A stretch of DNA of 64,000 nucleotides from Pseudomonadota bacterium (GTDB taxonomy: Bacteria > Bdellovibrionota_B > Oligoflexia > Oligoflexales > CAIYRB01), in assembly GCA_031416315.1 (NCBI GenBank), contig JANOTL010000202.1:1-64000 (forward strand), written 5' to 3'. The notes below the pieces were generated by a model that worked only from the letters and a program-made list of their open reading frames with translations, ran no database searches and was not told where the DNA came from. Position 1 is the stretch's first letter, and the number at the start of each line of letters is the position of its first letter. Shown here one piece after another: positions 41,816 through 52,036 of this stretch. A program made the position numbers and the translations under genes.

Positions 41816-44800
41816 TTACTGGGCCTTATCTAGAGGCGTCAGCGTCTCGTCATGCTGCGCCTGCGCCACCTCGTCCACCAACACGGCGCCGACGTAATAG
41901 CGCGGGAGCGCCTCGAGCGTCACCATGCTCGCGAGGACGCGATGCAGGTCTTCTGCCGAGTGCGCGCGATGCATGTCGGCCGCAAGGCGCCTTTGCACCG
42001 TGTCGATGGGAGCCGCATCGAGCTTCGCCGTGTCGTAGCTCTGGATGAGGGCGTGCGGGCCGGCGAGCTCGGCGGCGACGTCCCAATAGCGCAAGTCTTT
42101 GCCGGAGACGAAGGTCATGACGGCGTCGTTGGACGGCGTGACGACGTTCTCGATGCCGACGACGAAGGGGCGCGAGGGACCGAAGTGGCCGCTGAAGCTG
42201 ACCTTGTCCTCTTTGTTGAAGAGCGTGAAGGCTAGAGACAGGTTGTCGAGCGTCGAAGCCTTTGGCGAGGCACCGAAGAAGGACGTGAACTCCTCGCGCA
42301 GCTCGGAGATCTCCATCGCGGCGCGGCCCGAGGCGACGGCCAGGGCCCGCAGCACGTAGAAGTGATGCCAAATCATCGAGCCGATGCGCTCGCGAATCTG
42401 CTCGGTGCCGTTCATCATGCAGTAAGCGAGCAGGTACTGGCCTTCGCCGACGTTGAGCCCCAGGAACCACGAGGTCTCGCGCTGCGCCCGGAGGCGGCCG
42501 TAGTGCCACGTCTTGAGCCAGCTGACCGGCTCCAAGGTGTAAGACGCAGGTTGGTAGATCGCATTCGCGACTTGAACCCGGCCCGGTTGCTCGGTCGGGG
42601 CTTGGCTCGAGAGCTCGAAGCCCGTTTTGCGCTCGATCATGATGCCGAGCTGCGAGCCGAACTGGTCGAGCTCCTGACGTCCGAACGCCGTCTCCTTGCC
42701 GTGCTTCGAGCCGACGTCCTCGATGAAGACGACGCCGAGCGACTGGAAGTTGGCGCGCAGCGGCACGAGGGCGGACATCTGCAGCACGCCGCCCCCGCCG
42801 CCACGGTCGCCCATGCTGGTGCCCAGGGTCTTGCTCTTCTGCGTCGACGTATGGCTCGGTCCCAGCGTGCTCGTCGACTCGAGGTCCTCGGAGCGCTGCG
42901 TCTTTTGCACGCGCGCAGGCGCACCGCCGACCACCATCGTGGAGCCTGCGTCGAAGTCCGCATCCGGCGCGGAGTCGCCGCCGCCGCCACCCATGAGGCC
43001 GATCTGCGTCCGCTCGTCGCCGGAAAGGTCGGTCGGCTCGCCGCCGTTGGCCGCGCGTGCCCACGGAGCGTCGCTCATCGGCAGGAAGAGGGTCGATCGA
43101 ATGTTGATGTAGGGCTCGATGTAGTCGACGACGAGCTGGGTCTCCGGCCCCGGGTCGAGCGGCCAAATGACCTTAGGCTGGCCGCCTTCGGGTACCATGA
43201 TGCAGTGGATGCGGCCCGAGTTGTAGTGCTTCGCCAGGGTGGCGAAGGAGACGGCGAGGTCTTCCGCGAGCTGCGTGTCGGTCTCGGCCGCGTCGCAGAC
43301 GTGGTTCAAGTGCTCGATAAAGAGGCGCGACGGCAGGAACTCGCCGCTGGTCTCGCTGCGGTCGCGGGTCGTGGAAGTCGCCGCGAGCGCCGCTTCCTTC
43401 AGGAAGATGCCGCGCTTTTCCATGAGCTTGCGCGAATAGTCGACGACGGTCTTCAGCTCGAGCTTGTGCGCGAGGAGGAAGGCGCGGCGCACGTAGTCGG
43501 ATTTCTTTTGGCCGCGGTCCAGCAGGTGGGTCCCGAACCACAGGTAGGCGAAGACTTGGACCAAGTTGTTGCCTGCGACCTTACCGCTCTTCATGGCGTT
43601 GTCGTACATGCTGCGGATCTGCTTGTCGGAGTTCTTGGCCGCGATGAGCTCGATGACGCGCGCCATCATGAGTTGCGGGATGGCGCGATGCTCCCAACCC
43701 TTGATGCGCGAGATCCGGCGCTTAAGCCGCGGGAGAAACTCGGCCATCTCGTCGGTGCGCATCAGCTGGCGTCCGTGCTCCTGCTCGAAGATGATCGGGA
43801 AGGTGAAAGCGACCAGGCCGATGAAATCTTCCTCGAACGGATAGAGGAACTCCTGCTCGGCGACGAAGCCGCGCACGGTGATGATGTAGGCTTCGCGCGT
43901 CTTGTCGATCTCGCCGCGCGCGAAGGCGATGATGGTGTGGATCACCTTGGTGAAGAGATCGTGGCCGCGGCCGGCGACCTTCTGCCGGCGCTTCAAAAAC
44001 ATCTCGCCGTGGCGCACGATGTTGTCGCGCGACCCTTGGAGGAGATAGCCGAAGAGCATCATCGCCATATAGCGCGGCGACAGCCAGTTGCGCGTCGGGA
44101 TCGTGTCCGGCATACGTTGGCTGTAGTGGTAGACGCCCGTGAAATTACAGCGCGTCAGCTCGCGGAAGATCTTGAAGAGGAGGCCTTCCCCGTAGGCTAG
44201 GCGGTCCTCGTTCGGTTTCAGAAACTCCATGGCAGTCTTCAGGTGGTCGGAGACCTCCTCGTGACGGCCCTTGACGTAATCGATCGTTAAGACGCGCAAA
44301 AGGGCGATGTAGCCGAAGACCGACTTCAGCTGCAAGCCGCGCGCGAGGTCCATCGCGAGCTCGAGATAGAAGTAGGCATTGCGCGCGAAACCTAGATAGC
44401 CCAGAAGAGCCGCGCGTTGCGCTACGACGCGCAGAATCGACGCCGGTGAGCCGCGTCCCGCGAGCGCTTCGCCCAACGCGTAATTGTGGTGTACTAGGGC
44501 GAGCATGCGCCGGTCACGTTGGTTAAGAAGTGTTCCGGCCAGATGGATACGGATCGCGGAGTGCGTTCTGTCGAGGGCCTCGGGGTCTTGACCGCGGCCC
44601 GCATGCGCTGCATGCAGCGCGCGGTAGAGACGCTTCTTGCGCTTGTTGAGCGGGAGCGCGTCGATCATGAGCGATGCGACGAGCATGAACTTCTCGTAGC
44701 CGTTGACCATCACCTGCTTGCGACGCAGCATGCGCAGCGCGTAGGAGATCAGCTTCGAGGTCTCGCTCATGACCCCGCCGATGAGCTGCAGATAGATCGC

Positions 44801-47476
44801 CTTGCAGGCGATCGCGGCATGCATCGCGACCGGGAGCTTCTGGCCCAGAAGGTCGCGGAACATCTTCAGCGCCTTGCCGTGCAGCTTCTGTTGAGCGGCC
44901 AGATCGGCAAGCGTCTCGACGACTTGAGCGCGCGCCTCGGCGGTCGAGATCTGGTCTTTCCAGGTCGCCATGATCCGCCAGGCGTTCTCGTAGTAACGCT
45001 CGGCGGTTTGCCAGGAGCCCGTCTTGTAAGCGCAGGCGCCGGCCTTGATGTTGAACTTGAGCGCACGCTCCGCGAGCTGCTTGTCCTCCGTTTGACCAGA
45101 GACCCCGAGGGCGGAGTTGAAATGGTGAGCGAGCGAGAACAGGGTCTTATCGGAGGGCTCGGGGACGGCGCCCTCGAGCTTCTCGCCGATCAGCTTGTGC
45201 AGCTCGCAGCGCTTGTCTTCTTCGATGGACTCGTAGATCGCGTCGCGCGCCTTCTTGTGCGCGAACATGAAAGTTTTGCCGAGGTGCTTCAGGTCGGGGT
45301 CGTCGGTGACCCGGATGACGAGGCCCTCGTCGATGGCGCGCTGCACGGCCTTCATCACCGGCACCGACTGCGAGCGTCCGCCGAGGAGCAGGACCTCGAA
45401 CTGGAAAGTGAGGCCGATGGTCGCGGCAATGCCGAGCACCTGACGGTCGAACTCGCCGTAGTCTTGAATGCGCGACAGGATGAGGTCGATCGTATTGAGC
45501 TGGATCTGCGTCTTGCGGACGGCCTTGAGATCGAACTCCCAGTCGCCGCCAGTCGTCTTGGGATAGATCAAGTCGCGGGCGACCAGCGTGCGCGAGAGCT
45601 CGACCAGGTGCATGGGGTTGCCCTTGGACTGCTCTTCCAGATACTGCACGAGCTCGTCGGTGACGCTGTCCGGGGAGGAGAGCATGTTGCCGACGACGGA
45701 GCGGATGGCGTCGATCGAGATGCGCTCGAGCTCGACCTCCTGATAGCGGCGCTTGAGCTTCTTGAACTTCTCGATGAAGTGCTCGTAGCGCTCGTTGTGC
45801 AGGTGCAAGCCGGTGCGCTGCGTCACGACGAGGTAGAACTGGAGCGTGTTGGCGTTGGAGAAGAACGAGTCGATCAGGTCGAGGCTCTTCGCGTCGGCCC
45901 AGTGCAGGTCCTGGAACATGAACACGACCGGCTGGTTGTCGGTGCCCAAGCAGCGCGTGAAGTCGGAGAAGGCCTTGGCGAAGGTCTGGAAGGCTTGCTC
46001 GTTGCCGAGGACGTCGCCGGCGGTCGTCGTCGTCTCGGTCGAGCCTTCCTCGGATTCCGGGATGTCGAGGAGAAAGGGCTTAAGGCCCGGGACGATCTCG
46101 GCGATCTTGTGCGCGGCTGGGCCGATGGTGGCGCGGATGCGGCGGCGCAGCTCCTCCGCCTCGTGCGGACGGCGCTTGATGACGCTGTGAAGATACTCGT
46201 TGAAGGCGTTCGCGAGCGCGTTGAATGGCAGCGCGTTCTCGTGCTGCGAGAAGCTGCCGGAAACGAAGCGTACGTTGCGCCGCGCGAGGTAGCCTTGGAA
46301 CTCGGCGATAAGGCGCGACTTGCCGATGCCGGCGCCGCCTTTGACGAGCGTGATGCGGGCGCGGCCGCGCGGCTTCGCGACGTCTTCGTAGTCGGTGATG
46401 AGCTGCTTCAGCTCCTTGTCGCGGCCCACGATCGAGAGCTGGGCCGACACGGCCTGGAAGCGGTCCTTCAAGCCAAGCGGAAAGCTGATGCCCTGCGGGC
46501 GGCCGCCGGCCTTCTCGAAGAGCGTTTTCGCTCGCATCAGGTCGGCGTGCAGCGAGAAGGCCGTCTGATAGCGGTCGGTCGGATGCTTTGCGAGGAGCTT
46601 GTGGACGATCTTCTCGACCAGGGGCGGGACGTCCGGCCGCAGGTTCGTGAGCGGCTCGGGGTCGGCGAAGACGTGCTGCTTCTCCAGCTTCTCACGCGAA
46701 TTCGCGCTGAAGGGCGGCTTGCCGGCGAGAAGCTCGTAGAGCACGCAGCCGAGCGAGTAGAGGTCGACGCGGTGGTCGACGGGCGCGTCCATGAGCGGGG
46801 TCTGCTCCGGCGCCATGTAGAGTGGCGTGCCGGCAGCCTCGTCGTTGCTGATGCCCTTCTGAGAGCCTTCTTTGCCGTCTTTGGCGCTATAGTGCATCGC
46901 CTCGGCGAGACGGGCGACGCCAAAGTCCAGGACCTTCACGAGCACGCCGCGCTGATCGCGAAATGCTTGGCCGACGATGATGTTGTGCGGCTTGATGTCG
47001 CGGTGGATGATGTTCTTGCCGTGCGTGTAGTCGAGCGCGGACGTGACTTGCAGGCCTACCTGGAAGAAGTAAGCGAGGTCTTTTCGCCCGTCGCGCACCA
47101 AGCTGTCTTTTAGGTTGGTGCCGTCGGCGATTTCCATGACGATGTAGTAGCCGCTGCCGAGCTGGTCTTCCTCGCCCGCGTCGAGCTCACCGTCTCTGCC
47201 GTAAAGGCCGAGCTCGTGGAAGACGACGATGTTCGGGTGGTGCAGCTGCGACATCAGCGAGGCTTCCTTCTGGAAGCGCATGAGATCGTCGTAGCCTAGC
47301 TTTCCGGCGCGCTGGATGACTTTGATGGCCACCGAGTGCGAGGGATCGTCGAAGGGAATCGCCTTGAAGACGGCGCCCATGCCGCCGCGCCCGATCTCGC
47401 CTGTAATACAGTAGCGATCGGCGATGCGTTTTCCGACGAGCCTGTTGGCCTGATTCGACAAAGTCTTCTCCTGCAC
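41816..47476 (-). CDS. Ser/Thr kinase + AAA(STAND-like) ATPase + helical repeats + degenerate SpoIIE-like domain
   Basis: GRGGMG, HRDIKPHN, DFG, APE; GGAGIGKS, QDLHWAD, GNP. Confidence 0.9.
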   Translation of the reverse strand: MQEKTLSNQANRLVGKRIADRYCITGEIGRGGMGAVFKAIPFDDPSHSVAIKVIQRAGKLGYDDLMRFQKEASLMSQLHHPNIVVFHELGLYGRDGELDAGEEDQLGSGYYIVMEIADGTNLKDSLVRDGRKDLAYFFQVGLQVTSALDYTHGKNIIHRDIKPHNIIVGQAFRDQRGVLVKVLDFGVARLAEAMHYSAKDGKEGSQKGISNDEAAGTPLYMAPEQTPLMDAPVDHRVDLYSLGCVLYELLAGKPPFSANSREKLEKQHVFADPEPLTNLRPDVPPLVEKIVHKLLAKHPTDRYQTAFSLHADLMRAKTLFEKAGGRPQGISFPLGLKDRFQAVSAQLSIVGRDKELKQLITDYEDVAKPRGRARITLVKGGAGIGKSRLIAEFQGYLARRNVRFVSGSFSQHENALPFNALANAFNEYLHSVIKRRPHEAEELRRRIRATIGPAAHKIAEIVPGLKPFLLDIPESEEGSTETTTTAGDVLGNEQAFQTFAKAFSDFTRCLGTDNQPVVFMFQDLHWADAKSLDLIDSFFSNANTLQFYLVVTQRTGLHLHNERYEHFIEKFKKLKRRYQEVELERISIDAIRSVVGNMLSSPDSVTDELVQYLEEQSKGNPMHLVELSRTLVARDLIYPKTTGGDWEFDLKAVRKTQIQLNTIDLILSRIQDYGEFDRQVLGIAATIGLTFQFEVLLLGGRSQSVPVMKAVQRAIDEGLVIRVTDDPDLKHLGKTFMFAHKKARDAIYESIEEDKRCELHKLIGEKLEGAVPEPSDKTLFSLAHHFNSALGVSGQTEDKQLAERALKFNIKAGACAYKTGSWQTAERYYENAWRIMATWKDQISTAEARAQVVETLADLAAQQKLHGKALKMFRDLLGQKLPVAMHAAIACKAIYLQLIGGVMSETSKLISYALRMLRRKQVMVNGYEKFMLVASLMIDALPLNKRKKRLYRALHAAHAGRGQDPEALDRTHSAIRIHLAGTLLNQRDRRMLALVHHNYALGEALAGRGSPASILRVVAQRAALLGYLGFARNAYFYLELAMDLARGLQLKSVFGYIALLRVLTIDYVKGRHEEVSDHLKTAMEFLKPNEDRLAYGEGLLFKIFRELTRCNFTGVYHYSQRMPDTIPTRNWLSPRYMAMMLFGYLLQGSRDNIVRHGEMFLKRRQKVAGRGHDLFTKVIHTIIAFARGEIDKTREAYIITVRGFVAEQEFLYPFEEDFIGLVAFTFPIIFEQEHGRQLMRTDEMAEFLPRLKRRISRIKGWEHRAIPQLMMARVIELIAAKNSDKQIRSMYDNAMKSGKVAGNNLVQVFAYLWFGTHLLDRGQKKSDYVRRAFLLAHKLELKTVVDYSRKLMEKRGIFLKEAALAATSTTRDRSETSGEFLPSRLFIEHLNHVCDAAETDTQLAEDLAVSFATLAKHYNSGRIHCIMVPEGGQPKVIWPLDPGPETQLVVDYIEPYINIRSTLFLPMSDAPWARAANGGEPTDLSGDERTQIGLMGGGGGDSAPDADFDAGSTMVVGGAPARVQKTQRSEDLESTSTLGPSHTSTQKSKTLGTSMGDRGGGGGVLQMSALVPLRANFQSLGVVFIEDVGSKHGKETAFGRQELDQFGSQLGIMIERKTGFELSSQAPTEQPGRVQVANAIYQPASYTLEPVSWLKTWHYGRLRAQRETSWFLGLNVGEGQYLLAYCMMNGTEQIRERIGSMIWHHFYVLRALAVASGRAAMEISELREEFTSFFGASPKASTLDNLSLAFTLFNKEDKVSFSGHFGPSRPFVVGIENVVTPSNDAVMTFVSGKDLRYWDVAAELAGPHALIQSYDTAKLDAAPIDTVQRRLAADMHRAHSAEDLHRVLASMVTLEALPRYYVGAVLVDEVAQAQHDETLTPLDKAQ

Positions 47477-47567
47477 CGTAGCTATCGGAGCTGGCAGGAA
47501 CTATCTGAAGGCCCGAGGAGCTCCGGCCCGTGTTAGGATGGGGGGGCACCCCTCGAGGCACTCCCGC

Positions 47568-48236
47568 ATGGCCGGTCCGGAGCTGACGCAGCTGTTTCTG
47601 CTCGTAGGAACTGGCGTCATTTGCGGTTTTTTCAGCTCGACTCCATTGGGCGTGATCAACCTCTGGGTCGTCGACGCCGCGCTCGCCAAGCGCGAGCACA
47701 CCATGAAGGCGTTCGTCGCGGGCGTGATCGTGGCGGACATCGCCTATGCGGCGATCGCGGCTTGGGGTTTCCACGCATTTTTGTCGGAAGGCCCGTTCGG
47801 CCGCTGGTTGGAGCTCGTCGGCGGCGGCTTCCTGGTCGTCGTCGGCGGACTGAATCTTTGGAAGGCGCGCGCGTCGAGTGCGACCGGGGCGACAAAGGCC
47901 GTGCCGGCGGTGCTCGGCGGAGGCCTCGGGACGAAAAAGATTCGCGACTTCGCCCTTGGGGCCTTCTTGTGCGGCTCGAACCCTGCGTTTTTGATGTTTT
48001 GGCTCTTTTGCATCAAAAAGATCGAAGAGTACGAGCACATCCTCCTCACCGATGCCAACGTCTACGCCTTTCTCGGGGGCATCGGGCTCGGCGACGCCCT
48101 CTGGTTTCATCTTCTCACCAAAGTGGTCCACCGGGGTCAGAAGGCCGTGCGGCCCAAGGCCCTCAACGTCATCAGCTCGGTGATCGCCGTACTCTTCGTC
48201 GCCGCCGGGCTCGCCGCCGTCGTCAAAGCCTTCTAG
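47568..48236 (+). CDS. LysE-family transporter
   Basis: PLGVIN, AD..Y, NP..L.FW, G..LW; about 6 TM. Confidence 0.8.
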   Translation: MAGPELTQLFLLVGTGVICGFFSSTPLGVINLWVVDAALAKREHTMKAFVAGVIVADIAYAAIAAWGFHAFLSEGPFGRWLELVGGGFLVVVGGLNLWKARASSATGATKAVPAVLGGGLGTKKIRDFALGAFLCGSNPAFLMFWLFCIKKIEEYEHILLTDANVYAFLGGIGLGDALWFHLLTKVVHRGQKAVRPKALNVISSVIAVLFVAAGLAAVVKAF

Positions 48237-48337
48237 GTGTCTCGCCGTCGGAGGAGAACTGGACTATAATCGTCCAATACTCCAGACTTATTGAGCGACA
48301 CTCAGACCTGTGCGGACGCTGCAAAGGTGGACTACCC

Positions 48338-49324
48338 TTGGCCAAGATCGTGGAAGAATCGCGCCTGCGCCCCCTGACGAAGCCCCTGTCCTTGCCGAGC
48401 TGGGACGAGCTCTGCGCCCATACCGCCCGAAAAGCCCGCACTCCCGAAGGGCGCGCTTTCCTCGCCGAGGTCGAGGAGCTGAAGACGGCGCCGCCGCGCT
48501 TCGGTTACCGCGTGGCGCGCAAGGTCGTCACGACGCTCCTGCGCGACCCTTTCTATCAGAAGTTTCTGACTTGCACGCTCGGCGACATCGTCGACATGCT
48601 GGCCGATCAGGTCGTGCGCAACCAGGAGATCGAGAAGGACGCGTCGACGCTGCCGACCTCGGCGCCGCTTTCCGACCGCGCCGGGACACGCATTTTCAGG
48701 CCGTACAACCAGATGCCATGCACGCGCGGCACGGCCGTCCGGCGCGTCGCCAAGGCCTTGGAGCTGGCGCAGAAGGACGATCCGATCCTCCTTCTCGGGG
48801 ACGACGACCTGGTTAGCGTCGAGCTCGCTGCGGCGGGCTTTACCAAGGTCACGGCAGTCGACATCGACGCCAAGGTGCTCACGGAGATCGAAAAACTTTG
48901 TAAAGAGCAGGACCTCAACGTGCGGCGCGTGGAGCAGGATCTGTCGAAGCCCCTCCCCCTCTCGCTCTACGACGACTACAAGCTCGTCGCCTTCGACCCC
49001 TGCTATACGATCCCGAGCGTCCAACTCTTTCTCGACGCCGGCCTCGAGCTGTCGCGCCGATCGAGCGGGACGCACTTCTTCCTCAGCCTGCACACCATGT
49101 CGCTCATGCGCCACGGGCTTCCGGAGTTCTCACAGGCCCTGTCTGCACGAGGCCTCGATCTCGTCGAATTCCACCAGGGATTCAACGCCTATCCTGCCCC
49201 CTCGCGGCTAAAAAGCTTGATTCATCTCGTGAACAAGATTGTAATCGGCTCGAAAACCTTGGCGACCGAGGGTCACGGATTCCCGTTCTTCCTTTCGGAT
49301 GCGCTGCTTCTACGCAAGGCGTAG
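48338..49324 (+). CDS. Branched-chain polyamine synthase BpsA-like (DUF43) aminopropyltransferase
   Basis: YNQMP, LLGDDDLVS, VDID, QDL..PLP, FDPCYT; TTG start is a best guess. Confidence 0.75.
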   Translation: MAKIVEESRLRPLTKPLSLPSWDELCAHTARKARTPEGRAFLAEVEELKTAPPRFGYRVARKVVTTLLRDPFYQKFLTCTLGDIVDMLADQVVRNQEIEKDASTLPTSAPLSDRAGTRIFRPYNQMPCTRGTAVRRVAKALELAQKDDPILLLGDDDLVSVELAAAGFTKVTAVDIDAKVLTEIEKLCKEQDLNVRRVEQDLSKPLPLSLYDDYKLVAFDPCYTIPSVQLFLDAGLELSRRSSGTHFFLSLHTMSLMRHGLPEFSQALSARGLDLVEFHQGFNAYPAPSRLKSLIHLVNKIVIGSKTLATEGHGFPFFLSDALLLRKA

Positions 49325-49326
49325 CT

Positions 49327-50862
49327 ATGGCCCCCGATCCGGTCGCGAATCTTTCGATCTCCACCGAAGGCCTGCCAGCCCTCACCGGCTTCAAGGCCTT
49401 TCAATCCGGTCACCGCGTCAGGCACTGCAAGATCGTCGGCACGCTCGGTCCCTCGTCCTCGGACGAGAAGACGCTGCGGGCCCTCGTCGATGCAGGCTTG
49501 GACATCGCCCGGCTCAACTTCTCGCACGGCTCGCACGAGACGCATCGCAAGAACATCGAGCTCGTCCGGAAAGTCGCGCGCGAAGCCGGGCGTCACGTCG
49601 CGATCCTGCAGGACTTGCAAGGGCCGAAGATCCGCGTCGGCAAGCTCACGGGCGACCAGATGGAGATCGTCGCGGGCGCCACGTACGTGCTTCAGTTCGG
49701 CGTCGAGCAAACCTCGCCGACGGTCATCCCGATCGACTATCGCGAGCTCGTTCACGACGTCGCGGAAGGGCAGCGCGTCCTGATGGACGACGGCCTGCTC
49801 AGCCTCAAGATCGAGAAAATTCAGGGCGACGCCGTGCACGTGCGCTGTCTCGACGGCGGCACGCTCAAGAACCGAAAGGGCGTGAACTTCCCCGACGCCA
49901 AGCTCTCCCTCCCCGCTCTGACCGAGAAAGACAGCCGCGACCTCCTCTTCGGCGTGAGTCACGGCGTCGACTTCGTCGCCCTATCTTTCGTCCAAGACCC
50001 CGAGGACGTGCTGCAGGTCAAAAAGATGATCGCGGCGCTCGGGTCCGACATCCCCGTGGTCGCGAAGATCGAGAAGCTCTCGGCGATGGACTGTATCGAC
50101 GAGATCGCGGCGGTCGCAGACGGCCTCATGGTCGCGCGCGGCGACTTGGGCGTCGAAGGCTCGGTCGAGCGCGTGCCCGGCTTCCAGAAGCGCATCATCG
50201 AGGCGGCCGCGAAAAAGTCCCGACCCGTCATCGTCGCCACGCAGATGCTCGAGTCGATGATCGAAAACCCGCAGGCGACCCTGGCCGAGATGGCCGACGT
50301 CGCCAACGGCGTCCTCGACGGCGCCGACTGCTTGATGCTGTCCGGTGAGGTGGCGAGCGGGAAATATCCAGTCGCGGCCGTGAAGCAGATGGTCTCGATC
50401 ATCGAGCAGGTCGAAGGTTGGACGTTCAAGAACCCCGAACGTTACGAGAGCGACTCCTTCGAGCCGATGATGCAGTCGGGCGACAACAAGGACCGCTGGG
50501 AAGAGCACGAAGCCGTGGCCCGCGCTGCATGCGAAGCCGCCGACGCTCTGGGCGCGAAAGCCATCGTCTGCCTGACGCTCACCGGCTCGATCGCACGCTC
50601 GGTCGCGCGCTGGCGCCCGACGACGCCGATCATCGCCATCAGCCCGCGCAAAGACGTGATCCAGCGCTTGGTGATGGTGTGGGGCGTCTACGGGATGCAG
50701 AACCCGCTGTTCTACAATACTGACGTCTTGCTCCAGGACGTGCCGCAGCTGTTGAAGAATCTCAACATCGTCAAGACGGACGAGATCGTCGTGATTACGG
50801 CGGGGATTCCGATCAATCAGATGCGGCCGACCAATATGGTCAAGATCAATCGGATCCCGTAA
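49327..50862 (+). CDS. pyk: Pyruvate kinase
   Basis: KIVGTLGP, RLNFSHG, DLQGPKIR, AKIE, MVARGDLG, ATQMLESM. Confidence 0.97.
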   Translation: MAPDPVANLSISTEGLPALTGFKAFQSGHRVRHCKIVGTLGPSSSDEKTLRALVDAGLDIARLNFSHGSHETHRKNIELVRKVAREAGRHVAILQDLQGPKIRVGKLTGDQMEIVAGATYVLQFGVEQTSPTVIPIDYRELVHDVAEGQRVLMDDGLLSLKIEKIQGDAVHVRCLDGGTLKNRKGVNFPDAKLSLPALTEKDSRDLLFGVSHGVDFVALSFVQDPEDVLQVKKMIAALGSDIPVVAKIEKLSAMDCIDEIAAVADGLMVARGDLGVEGSVERVPGFQKRIIEAAAKKSRPVIVATQMLESMIENPQATLAEMADVANGVLDGADCLMLSGEVASGKYPVAAVKQMVSIIEQVEGWTFKNPERYESDSFEPMMQSGDNKDRWEEHEAVARAACEAADALGAKAIVCLTLTGSIARSVARWRPTTPIIAISPRKDVIQRLVMVWGVYGMQNPLFYNTDVLLQDVPQLLKNLNIVKTDEIVVITAGIPINQMRPTNMVKINRIP

Positions 50863-50955
50863 CGGGGAGACGCGTCGAAGGGATGGACGCCGAGTCCCGT
50901 TGAGGCGCGCCAACGGAGGACACGGCCAGGGCCACGTCCAACGTTTGCGTGAGCC

Positions 50956-51906
50956 CTACGGCTGCGCCTCCGCCTCCGGCACAGTCCCAGATCCGCCCAT
51001 CTCGCTCTCGCCTTCCTGCAAGCCCAAACCCTGCACGAGCTGGATGATCGACATGATGTTGCCGCCGCCGCCGCCCTTGACCAGGTTCAGGACCTGGCCG
51101 AGCTGACCGCCGGAGAGGGAGGAGAGGAGGCCTTGGATGTTGCCGTTGGCTCCGCCGCCGAGGAGGCCCATGATCTGATTGATGAGGGCGCCGTTGCCGC
51201 CAGCGCCAGTTGCGCCGCCGGAGCCGGTCGTGGTCCCGCTGCCGGTGGTCGTGGCGCTGCCCGTCGTGGTCGTAGCGCTCGAGGTGGTTGTGGTGGTCGA
51301 GCCGGCGTCGGCGACGATCTCGACTTCGTAACGGTCGCTCACGACGTCGAAGGCGTCATTGCTGCCGACGACGCCGAAGTCGGCTTCCCTGATGTCGCAG
51401 CTCGTCGAGCCGGAGGCCTCGCACTTGGCCTTGTCGCGGAGGATGAAGCGTAGATTGTGCTTGCCGAGCTTCGGCTTGGCCCAGACGATCGCGACGTCGG
51501 CGCCGGAATGGCTGAGGCTCGGACCGCCGGGCGTCGGCGTTTCGAGGAGGCCGAGGATCAAGTCCTTGCCGCCGTCGGTCAGCGTGAACGGGATCGACAT
51601 CGCCTCACTCTGCGGGAACTTCAGCTCGGCGGTGTCCTTGCGCTCGATCGAGATCGCGGCGCCGGTGTCGGTACCGCCGGTGTTGCCGCCGGTGGTGGTC
51701 GTCGCGCTAGCGGTCGTGCCGCCCGCAGCGGTCGTAGCGCCGGCGATGGCTTCGCCGCCGCCCGTTCTCTTCACGGGAGGCTTCGGCGCGTTGGAGCTGC
51801 AGGCGGCGCCGAACGCGACGAGGGCGAAAGAGGTGCCGAACACGCAAGCGCGCGCGGCGGTCACGAAGGCAGGGGCGAGGACGCGCGGCGTCACGGGCGA
51901 CTCCAT
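50956..51906 (-). CDS. Hypothetical lipoprotein with Thr/Gly low-complexity linkers
   Basis: GAAC lipobox; Thr-rich tracts; Gly/Leu C-terminal repeats. Confidence 0.65.
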   Translation of the reverse strand: MESPVTPRVLAPAFVTAARACVFGTSFALVAFGAACSSNAPKPPVKRTGGGEAIAGATTAAGGTTASATTTTGGNTGGTDTGAAISIERKDTAELKFPQSEAMSIPFTLTDGGKDLILGLLETPTPGGPSLSHSGADVAIVWAKPKLGKHNLRFILRDKAKCEASGSTSCDIREADFGVVGSNDAFDVVSDRYEVEIVADAGSTTTTTSSATTTTGSATTTGSGTTTGSGGATGAGGNGALINQIMGLLGGGANGNIQGLLSSLSGGQLGQVLNLVKGGGGGNIMSIIQLVQGLGLQEGESEMGGSGTVPEAEAQP

Positions 51907-52036
51907 GCTGGAAAAGAGAGCTGGGCAGTAGCGTTGCTTTTTCTTGATCGGCAGACCGGGGACGAAACTTTAGCAAACGACCGAAGTCGGTGTTTCTCGC
52001 CGTAAAATCAGCGGGGAGAAACCACCGGCTTGCGGC

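Noticed and set aside
42362..47113. Antisense ORFs of 612 and 864 aa within the kinase gene
   Set aside because: Stop-codon scarcity opposite a GC3-biased gene; no recognisable motifs
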